A stretch of DNA of 64,000 bases from IMG/VR virus record IMGVR_UViG_3300050500_000418. One strand, 5' to 3'. This document shows positions 49,027 to 56,432 of the stretch, one piece after another (within the stretch, counting starts at the first letter, position 1; each line of letters opens with the position of its first letter). The notes beneath the pieces were generated by a model, which saw only the letters and a list, made by a program, of their open reading frames with translations, had not been told where the DNA came from and did not search any database. The position numbers and the translations under genes are program-made. This DNA comes from a virus.

Positions 49027-49476
49027 ATGAGCACGATCACCGTCTACCACGCTGAGCTCGGCCAGGGCGCCTTCGAGCGCTTCACCGACTCCACGAAGAT
49101 CCAGGGCGTCTACCAGTACGAGCGGGACGTGACAGCCCTCAACGTCCACGAGGTCCTCGAGAACGCCTTCTACCTGTTCAACCAGGACACTGACGCGATC
49201 CCCCACGACGCCCGCTGCACCGACGACGAGTGCATCCTTGTCGGCTGCGCCCGCTTCACCGCCGAGTCGTACCGGACCGTCCGCCTGCGCTCCCTGTCCG
49301 TCGGCGACGTCGTCGTCATCGGCGGCAAGGCCGGTGGCCCCCTCCCGGACGGGACCGGCCCCGGCGAGCAGGCGTACGCCGTGGCGTCCATGGGCTTCGA
49401 CCCGGTGCACGTGCTCCCAGAGCAGATCCTGCCCCTGGAGGTGCACCGCCCCTCGGACGCTCTGCGCTCCGTCTGA
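49027..49476 (+). CDS. hypothetical protein (leaderless, MST.. start)
   Basis: ORF track. Confidence 0.65.
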   Translation: MSTITVYHAELGQGAFERFTDSTKIQGVYQYERDVTALNVHEVLENAFYLFNQDTDAIPHDARCTDDECILVGCARFTAESYRTVRLRSLSVGDVVVIGGKAGGPLPDGTGPGEQAYAVASMGFDPVHVLPEQILPLEVHRPSDALRSV

Positions 49477-49484
49477 CCACCACA

Positions 49485-49517
49485 GAGGCCGCCGGACCTG
49501 CGGGGTTCGGCGGCCTC
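49485..49517 (+). terminator. intrinsic-terminator-like hairpin
   Basis: 10-bp stem GAGGCCGCCG/CGGCGGCCTC. Confidence 0.5.
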
Positions 49518-49531
49518 ACCGCGCCCGCCCC

Positions 49532-49561
49532 TTGACCGACGCCGCTAACCCGGGTTAGTGT
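49532..49561 (+). promoter_or_regulatory. cassette: -35 TTGACC, CTAACCCGGGTTAG, -10 TAGTGT
   Basis: Near-identical to copy at 16451; ATGAGCAC at 49569. Confidence 0.7.
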
Positions 49562-49568
49562 CGTGGGT

Positions 49569-50564
49569 ATGAGCACGCAGCCCCTCCCAGACGGCGCCAT
49601 CGAGATCCCCGGGACGATCGCCTACATCGACCCCATCCGTGGCCTCACCCGCCGCCCCGACTGGCGCCAGGTCATCGACGAGGAGATGAACCGCCCCACC
49701 ACCTGCGGGACCTGCGGCGAGACCTTCCCCTCCGTGGCCGACGAGTTCTTCCACGACTGCGAGCGGCTGGCCAGCGTCCGGGGCTTCATCCCCGGTGACG
49801 CCTCCCAGATCCGCCCCTCCGACGACGTCGACTACCGCCCGTGGGGTGATGGCGAGCCCGGCTCCGGCACGGGCCGGGGGCGCCACCGTGCCCCCCTCAG
49901 CGACGCGCAGGGCGGCCTCATCGAGCGGCTCCTCCACGAGATCGATCCGCTCATCACCGCCGCCGACGTCATGGACGTGTGCGCCGACCTGACCGGCGGC
50001 CGCGACGGCACCGCCTCAGCGCTCATTGACGACCTCTTCGCCCTGAAGGCTTACCTGGCCGGCCCCGCCCCTGCCCCGGCGCCGCTCCCCGCCGGGTGCC
50101 GCCCCAACCGCTACGCAGGCAACTGCCGCCACTGTGGCCAGCACATCGCCGAGCAGGCCGGCCTCCTGTGCAAGGACGCCACCGGACGATGGACCGTCGA
50201 GCACAACGGCACCTGCCCCACCGCTCCGGCCATCAACACCGTGGCCGCCACCGTCCCGGAGGGGCACTACGCCCTGCCCTCCACCGGCGAGAACGACCTG
50301 GTCTTCTACCGCGTCGACCGGCCCACCGAGGGCGCCTTCGCCGGCCGGGTCTTCGTCAAGATGATCGTGGGCGGCAAGCCTGACCGCAACGTGCGCCGCG
50401 ACGCCATCGCCGGCATCCTGGCCCGCATCGAGGCCGCCGGCCCTGAGGCTGCGGGCGAGCTGTACGGCCAGGAGATCGGCCGGTGCTGGAAGTGCAACCG
50501 CACCCTCACCGACGAGGCCTCCCGCGCCGCCGGCATCGGCCCGGACTGCGCCACCCGCGTCTAG
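49569..50564 (+). CDS. hypothetical protein with Cys clusters and C-terminal CWKC..LTD..S..GIGPDC motif (DUF6011-like)
   Basis: ATG 49569 in frame of ORF-track 49563..50564; leaderless. Confidence 0.6.
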   Translation: MSTQPLPDGAIEIPGTIAYIDPIRGLTRRPDWRQVIDEEMNRPTTCGTCGETFPSVADEFFHDCERLASVRGFIPGDASQIRPSDDVDYRPWGDGEPGSGTGRGRHRAPLSDAQGGLIERLLHEIDPLITAADVMDVCADLTGGRDGTASALIDDLFALKAYLAGPAPAPAPLPAGCRPNRYAGNCRHCGQHIAEQAGLLCKDATGRWTVEHNGTCPTAPAINTVAATVPEGHYALPSTGENDLVFYRVDRPTEGAFAGRVFVKMIVGGKPDRNVRRDAIAGILARIEAAGPEAAGELYGQEIGRCWKCNRTLTDEASRAAGIGPDCATRV

Positions 50565-50575
50565 CGGCCACAGGC

Positions 50576-50607
50576 CCGGGAGGCGCCCCTCCGTGCCCGC
50601 CTCCCGG
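50576..50607 (+). terminator. intrinsic-terminator-like hairpin
   Basis: 10-bp stem CCGGGAGGCG/CGCCTCCCGG. Confidence 0.45.
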
Positions 50608-50659
50608 CCTCGGCCCGACCGCACCCCCCGCACCAACCAACAAAGTAGGAGATGCCACC

Positions 50660-50830
50660 ATGGCCACAGAGCAGACCTTCACCGTGAAGGTCAAGGTCAG
50701 GCGCGTCGACGGGCCCGCCGTGGACGACGAGGACGTCGAAGCCACCCTCCATGACGAGATCGGCACCCTGGAGTTCGACGCCGGAGACGAGTCGTCCGTC
50801 TTCAAGGTCGAGGAGGTCGAGGCCGGCTAG
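50660..50830 (+). CDS. small acidic protein
   Basis: ATG 50660 with SD AGGAGA, in frame of ORF-track 50483..50830. Confidence 0.55.
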   Translation: MATEQTFTVKVKVRRVDGPAVDDEDVEATLHDEIGTLEFDAGDESSVFKVEEVEAG

Positions 50831-50860
50831 CGTCCGGCACAGCAGGAGTGTGCTCAGCGG

Positions 50861-50888
50861 CCCAGCCTCCCGACCCCGGGAGGCTGGG
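50861..50888 (+). terminator. intrinsic-terminator-like hairpin
   Basis: 12-bp perfect stem CCCAGCCTCCCG/CGGGAGGCTGGG, ACCC loop. Confidence 0.55.
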
Positions 50889-50900
50889 CCGTCACGCGTC

Positions 50901-50906
50901 TACCCT
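50901..50906 (+). promoter_or_regulatory. -10-like TACCCT 7 nt before GTG 50914
   Basis: Same layout as 19348/19362. Confidence 0.3.
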
Positions 50907-50913
50907 CAGCGGT

Positions 50914-51375
50914 GTGACGACTTCCGCTGACGGCCAGCTCCTCCTCGATACGGCGAAGGCGGCCCTACCCGATGTGGGCCGGGCAATCCTGGCCGCCGGC
51001 CCCAGCCTCGCGATCACCTGCGAGATGATCGCCGTGTACCCCGAGACGGCTGACCCGCAGCGCCAGGGCGGCGAGGCGTCGGGCCTGCCCGGCGGGCAGT
51101 GCATGTACTTCCCGTCCATCCGGTGGAGGGTCATCTACGCCCGGGACTGCTACCCCACCGTCGACGTCGAGAAGCGCAGCCTCCCCGACGCTGACGCGGT
51201 GACGGAGTGGACGAAGATCTACGTGGACCGGTGCGAGTCCCTGCAAGGTGCCCTCCTGGACTTGTCCCTGGCGCAGGGGTGCGGGCGCATCACCGTGGAG
51301 CCTGGCACCTTCCAGGGACCCTCGACCGGCGTGGCGTACGTGTCCGTTCCCGTCCTCGTGGGCCCCGGCGTCTAA
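50914..51375 (+). CDS. hypothetical tail-module protein (sits where a major tail or tail-terminator gene is expected)
   Basis: GTG 50914 in frame of ORF-track 50848..51375, chosen because the hairpin 50861-50888 lies in the longer ORF. Confidence 0.5.
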   Translation: MTTSADGQLLLDTAKAALPDVGRAILAAGPSLAITCEMIAVYPETADPQRQGGEASGLPGGQCMYFPSIRWRVIYARDCYPTVDVEKRSLPDADAVTEWTKIYVDRCESLQGALLDLSLAQGCGRITVEPGTFQGPSTGVAYVSVPVLVGPGV

Positions 51376-51414
51376 CCTGCGTTACTGACCGCCGCACCCC
51401 CCTGGAGGCCCCCC

Positions 51415-51999
51415 GTGTCAGACGCCGCCAACGCTGAGAGCATGCTCACCGCCGCCTTCGTCGAGTTCCTCAAGACGCAAGGGGCGGGCGCCGACGTGCG
51501 CGTCGACGCCCGCGACGATGAGGGTGATGACAACATCCAGTTCGTCAAGAACGGGTGGGTGCGCATCAAGGCCGGCGGCGAGGAGCACCGCCTCCGCAAC
51601 CTCAAGTTCGGGCAGCTCAAGGTCCTGTTCACGCTCCTCGAGGAGCAGCAGGACCTCGTGACCCGCCACCGCGAGACGTGCCTCCGCCAGGAGAACGCCC
51701 TCAAGAAGCGCCTCACGGAGACGATCGATCCCATGGAGGAGTGCGAGGAGAAGTGGCAGGCCCAGGCCGACATCGCCATCCAACTCCGGAGCATCGTGCG
51801 CAGCATCCGGGACAAGGCCGACGAGCTGCGCATGGAGTGGTGGACGAGGGCCTTCGAGATCGCCAACGTGCAACGCTCCGGAGAGACGGAACGCTCCAAG
51901 GGCATCGTGCCCCGAGAGTGGCCCGCCTGGGTCGCTGACGGGAGCCTGCCCACGAAGCTCCTGGAGCACTGGAGGTCGGTCCCTTTGGGCCGTGGGTGA
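51415..51999 (+). CDS. tail assembly chaperone (G-type)
   Basis: ORF track; immediately upstream of tape measure; slippery heptamer near 3' end. Confidence 0.65.
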   Translation: MSDAANAESMLTAAFVEFLKTQGAGADVRVDARDDEGDDNIQFVKNGWVRIKAGGEEHRLRNLKFGQLKVLFTLLEEQQDLVTRHRETCLRQENALKKRLTETIDPMEECEEKWQAQADIAIQLRSIVRSIRDKADELRMEWWTRAFEIANVQRSGETERSKGIVPREWPAWVADGSLPTKLLEHWRSVPLGRG

Positions 52000-52340
52000 A
52001 GGCCAAGCCCGGCCCCGATCCCATCAACCAGGCCGAGCAGATCCCCGGCGGGGCCGTCCTCCTCGAAGAGATGAAGCCCGACGAGCCGGAGTGGCGCACC
52101 GGCACCATCATCGACATGTTCAACGGGGTGTACCGGGAGATGGCCCGCCCCACGAAGCTCCGCCGAGGCTTCGCCCCCACTGAGGTCGACGAGATGGACG
52201 TGTCCACCGTCGGCGTCCTCATCGGCGCCGGCATTGACGTGGACGCCCAGATGCGCAACGAGGTCGCCGAGCTCGCCGCCCGTCGCCGCGCCGGGACCCT
52301 CCCGGACCGGTGGTGGGAGGAGGAGATGACCGACCAGTAG
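51415..52340 (+). CDS. tail assembly chaperone, predicted -1 frameshift fusion (G-T type)
   Basis: Downstream ORF 51996..52340 is in the -1 frame; shift at C CCT TTG (51981-51987). Confidence 0.55.
51981..51987 (+). promoter_or_regulatory. -1 programmed frameshift slippery heptamer CCCTTTG
   Basis: X XXY YYZ pattern in the zero frame (GTC CCT TTG). Confidence 0.55.
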
Positions 52341-52378
52341 AGTGGCCGGCACGCGGGCAGTTGCGGGGTAGCAGCGGC

Positions 52379-52411
52379 CCGGGACGGTGACGTGGGGTGT
52401 CACCGTCCCGG
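52379..52411 (+). other. 13-bp hairpin between chaperone and tape-measure genes
   Basis: CCGGGACGGTGAC / GTCACCGTCCCGG with 7-nt loop; no U tract. Confidence 0.5.
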
Positions 52412-52436
52412 CCGCCGGGCCAGCGTCGCACCTACG

Positions 52437-55400
52437 ATGAGCGCCGTGTCCGACCTCGGCCTTGACGCTGACCTCACCCTCGATATTCGGTCAGCCCTCC
52501 AGGCCGCCGAGCGCCTCCGGGCCACCCTCGACCAGGCCACCAGCGGCCAGACCATCCGCATCGAGGCGGACACTGCTGGCCTAGCCGCCGAGGTCACCGC
52601 CGCCGTAGACGCGGCCGATAGCCAAGTCGTCGTCACCGGCGACGCGACTGACCTCACGAGCGACGTCACCGCCGCTGTGGACGCGGCCGACACGGAGGTC
52701 ACTGTTGATGGTGACTCCGGTCCCCTCAAGCAGTCCGTCAAAGAGGGCCTCGACGACGGCTTCGAGGAGGGCACCTCTGAGCAGCAGCGCCAGGCCCCGG
52801 GCAAGGGCACCGCCGTGGGCGGCGCCTTCGCCAAAGCCTTCTCCCGGTCCGTGTCAGCGGCCGTCAAGGCCCTACCTGACGTTGAGGTCGGCACCGACAC
52901 CAGCCAGGCGCAGCGAGAGATCGCCGGCCTCCGAGATGCCCTCCTGCGCCTGGACAACCAGACCGTGGGCGTCGATATCAGCGACGACGAGGCCATCGCC
53001 GAGCTGGGCCGCATCCAGACCCGCCTCAACGAGATCGACGCAGGCGACGTCTCCACCGCCGTGCGCGTCGACATCGCCGCCGCGACCGCCGCCCTATCCC
53101 AAGTCGGGGCCCAACTCGACCGGGTTGATGGGCAAGTCGCCTCCGTAGGCGCTGCGGCCGGCGACGCCGCCGGGGGTGTGAGCGGCCTTGGGGACGTCCT
53201 CGATGACCTCGACGTCAGCCTCATCGCAGCCTCAGGGTCAGGCGTACGCCTCCGTGCCGTCTTCACAGCCCTGGGCGGCGCCGGCATAGCCACTGGCCTC
53301 TTCCAAGCCGCTCAGGCCGCCTCAGACCTCCAGGAGTCCACCTCCAAGGCGACGGTCGTCTTCGGGGAGGGCATCACCACCGTCCAAGAGTTCGCGGACG
53401 TCAGCGCCGAGAGCGTGGGCCTCAGCGAGGCCGCCGCCCTAGAAGCGACCGCGACCTTCGGCAACCTCTTCGTCGCGCTCGGCGCCACGAAGGAAGCGGC
53501 CACCGAACTGGCCCCCGGCGTCGTCACCCTGGCCGCCGACCTGGCGTCCTTCAACAACCTCTCCGTCGATGAGACCCTCGAGAAGCTCCGGTCGGGCCTC
53601 GTCGGCGAGATCGAACCGCTGCGGTCCCTGGGCATCAGCTTCGGCGCGGCCGAGGTCGAGGCGAAGGCCATGGAGCTGGGCCTCGCATCAGCCAATGGGG
53701 AGATCACCGAGGGGGCCAAGCTCCAAGCCCGCTGGGCCCTCATCCTCGAGCAGTCCACAACGGCCCAGGGTGACTTCGCCCGGACGAGTGACGGGCTGGC
53801 CAACCAGCAGCGCATCCTCACCGCCGAGTTCCAGAACGCCGTCACCACCCTCGGCCAGGCCCTCCTCCCCGCCCTGCTGGAGGGGGTGGGAGTCGCCCGC
53901 GAGGAACTGATCCCCGCCTTCATCGAGCTGGGCACCTCAGTCCTCCCCGCGCTCGCGGACATCTTCGTGGCCCTGCTCCCCGTGGCCGGGTCCTTCACCC
54001 GGCTTCTGGTATCCACGGCCCCCGCTCTTGAGGCTGTGGCCCGTGCCATCGCCAGCGTGCCCCCCGAGCTGATTACCCTCCTGGGCCTCCTCGCTGCCTT
54101 CAAGAGGGTCGGCGGCTCGGACCTCTTCCAGAACCTCAAGCTGGGATTCTCGGACCTGGCCGACCCCAAGAAGGGACCGGGCGGCTTCGGCGTCAGCCTC
54201 AAGCAATCCGTCGGGGACATGGTCGCCGCGAACGCGGCGAGCATCGGCCTGTCACTCGGGCTCGCTGCCATTGGCCTGGCGTTCGAGGAAAGCGCCAAGG
54301 AAGCCGCCGAGTTCGAGCGCAGCGTCGTGCAAATCCAGACAGCGTTTGGTGATGCCTTCGATGAGGGGGCGACCGGGGTCGACGCGTTTGCTGCGGCGTT
54401 CGAGGACCTCGTTGAGCAGGGCGACAGCGGCGTCGGCCTGCTCGCAGCGCTTGGGTTGAGCGCCGAAGAGTTCGGTCAGATCGTCTCCAAGAACGGCGCT
54501 GACACCGACGCGTGGGCGGAGGCGCTGGGGACCACGAGAGAAGAACTGGGGATCCTCGGGCCGATCCTCGACCAGGTCAACGACAAGATCAACCAGGCCG
54601 CGAAACGCCAGGTCGACGCGGTCACAGCATCGTCGGGCCTGTCCGATGAGTTCGTGGACATGGCGGTCAAGGCCAACACCTCAAAGGAAGAGGTGTTGGG
54701 GGTCACGGTCGCGTCGACTGACTACACCACGGTCCTCCAGATCCTCACCGACGAGCAGGCACGGCTGGCCGAGCAGATCGGCGTGACCGTCGATGAGACG
54801 GGCAACCTCGTGGAGGCCACTGGCCCCGCTGCGCTGGCCGCTGACCGCCTGGCCCTTTCCCTCGCCCAAGTCACTGATGACAGCGGCAACCTGAACCTGG
54901 AGCTGGTGGGCCTGGCCACCGTGGCCGGCGACGCGAGGGTCGCGGAGGAGGACCTCCAGAACGTCGCTGACACCCTGGGCGTGAGCCTTGATGACCTCAA
55001 GGGCTTCGTCGAATCAGTCAACGATTCCATCAACCAATTTGCTGAAGACACCGTCTCAAGTCTGCCGACTATTGGTGACATCATCAGCGGGCTGGGCGAC
55101 GAGTTTTCCGCTGAGAACTTTGTTGAGGAGCTGGAGAAGGCCAACGAGGCCATCGCAAACTTCGGTGAGAACCTTGATGTCCTCGCCGACTTCCCGCGCC
55201 TCCAGCGCATCGCCGCCACGCAGGGCCCGGAGGTGGCAGCGGCCTTCGCTGATGCCATCCGGTCCGGCAACCCCGAGATCGCGGCGGCCGCCGAGGAGCA
55301 GCTCGCCATCTACGACCTCAGTCTCGCTGGCATCGACGACAAGGCCCGCAACGAGATCGGCCCCCGCACCGCTGAGGCGACGGGCCTCATAGGCCAGCTC

Positions 55401-56432
55401 GCCACGGAGGCATTCGGGGAGCACTTCAACCCGCAGGCTGAGGCAGCGGCAGCCACCCGCGGGACCATCGCCTCCATCGAGGACGAGAACGCCAACATGG
55501 CCTCCGCTGGCGCCGGCCTCGGGGAGGCCGGCAAGCAAGGCTTCAAGGACGGCATCGGCGGCATGTCCATCGAGGGGGCCGGTGAAGCTGAGTTGACCGT
55601 CAAGGAGATCCAAGCCCACCAGGCCGGAGCCGTCATCGCCGGGGCCCTCTTTGGTGGCGGCGCGACCCTGGGCTTCGGGACTGGCGTCTCACCCATGCCC
55701 GGTGTGGGCGCCCGCTCCGCGGATTTGACGATCGGAGGCATCAGCGGCAGGGCCCCCGCCGCCGGCGTCGCTGGCGGCGTCTTCGGTGGTGGCTTCACCG
55801 GGGGCACCAGGATCGGGGCGGCCGGCATGCCCACCGCTGCGGTAGGAGCCGCCAACTCTGCCATCGCCAAGGTGGCGGCCAAGCAGTCCGCCGCCAGCGG
55901 CGCCGGCTACAGCCTCGGCACGGCACTGGCCCAGGGCATGCAGTCGGGCATCAACGCCGCCGCGCAGGCCGCAGCGAACGCCGCCGCGAACCTCGTGGAG
56001 GCGGCCATCGCCGCTGCCCGGTCAAAGGCCAAGACGGGTTCCCCTTCCAGACTCTTCGCCGAGTTGGGCATCGACATGGGCGAGGGCGTCGCCGTGGGCC
56101 TCGACGCCACCGCCCCAACCGTGGCCGAGAGTGCCGCTGGCCTCGTCACCTCAGCGGCCGCCGCTGCGGCCGGGACCCTCGATGTGGCAGCCCAGGGCCT
56201 GGATGTGGCCGCCGGCCTCGCTCCGGCTGCTCTGGCCGCCGTCACGGCCACCTCAGCGGCAGGCGGGGACACGACGGTCAACGTGCTGCCCGGCGCCGTC
56301 GTCATCCAGTCCACGCCCGGGGAGGACCAGGCGACGTTCGAGCGCAAGGCCCGGGGCGCTGCCAACGCCGTCCTGGCCGAGTGGACGATCGCTCGCCGCA
56401 GCATCGACACGAACGCGAGGATGGGCGGCTAG
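52437..56432 (+). CDS. tape measure protein
   Basis: ATG 52437 in frame of ORF-track 52392..56432; 1331 aa, Ala/Gly-rich, follows chaperones. Confidence 0.8.
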   Translation: MSAVSDLGLDADLTLDIRSALQAAERLRATLDQATSGQTIRIEADTAGLAAEVTAAVDAADSQVVVTGDATDLTSDVTAAVDAADTEVTVDGDSGPLKQSVKEGLDDGFEEGTSEQQRQAPGKGTAVGGAFAKAFSRSVSAAVKALPDVEVGTDTSQAQREIAGLRDALLRLDNQTVGVDISDDEAIAELGRIQTRLNEIDAGDVSTAVRVDIAAATAALSQVGAQLDRVDGQVASVGAAAGDAAGGVSGLGDVLDDLDVSLIAASGSGVRLRAVFTALGGAGIATGLFQAAQAASDLQESTSKATVVFGEGITTVQEFADVSAESVGLSEAAALEATATFGNLFVALGATKEAATELAPGVVTLAADLASFNNLSVDETLEKLRSGLVGEIEPLRSLGISFGAAEVEAKAMELGLASANGEITEGAKLQARWALILEQSTTAQGDFARTSDGLANQQRILTAEFQNAVTTLGQALLPALLEGVGVAREELIPAFIELGTSVLPALADIFVALLPVAGSFTRLLVSTAPALEAVARAIASVPPELITLLGLLAAFKRVGGSDLFQNLKLGFSDLADPKKGPGGFGVSLKQSVGDMVAANAASIGLSLGLAAIGLAFEESAKEAAEFERSVVQIQTAFGDAFDEGATGVDAFAAAFEDLVEQGDSGVGLLAALGLSAEEFGQIVSKNGADTDAWAEALGTTREELGILGPILDQVNDKINQAAKRQVDAVTASSGLSDEFVDMAVKANTSKEEVLGVTVASTDYTTVLQILTDEQARLAEQIGVTVDETGNLVEATGPAALAADRLALSLAQVTDDSGNLNLELVGLATVAGDARVAEEDLQNVADTLGVSLDDLKGFVESVNDSINQFAEDTVSSLPTIGDIISGLGDEFSAENFVEELEKANEAIANFGENLDVLADFPRLQRIAATQGPEVAAAFADAIRSGNPEIAAAAEEQLAIYDLSLAGIDDKARNEIGPRTAEATGLIGQLATEAFGEHFNPQAEAAAATRGTIASIEDENANMASAGAGLGEAGKQGFKDGIGGMSIEGAGEAELTVKEIQAHQAGAVIAGALFGGGATLGFGTGVSPMPGVGARSADLTIGGISGRAPAAGVAGGVFGGGFTGGTRIGAAGMPTAAVGAANSAIAKVAAKQSAASGAGYSLGTALAQGMQSGINAAAQAAANAAANLVEAAIAAARSKAKTGSPSRLFAELGIDMGEGVAVGLDATAPTVAESAAGLVTSAAAAAAGTLDVAAQGLDVAAGLAPAALAAVTATSAAGGDTTVNVLPGAVVIQSTPGEDQATFERKARGAANAVLAEWTIARRSIDTNARMGG

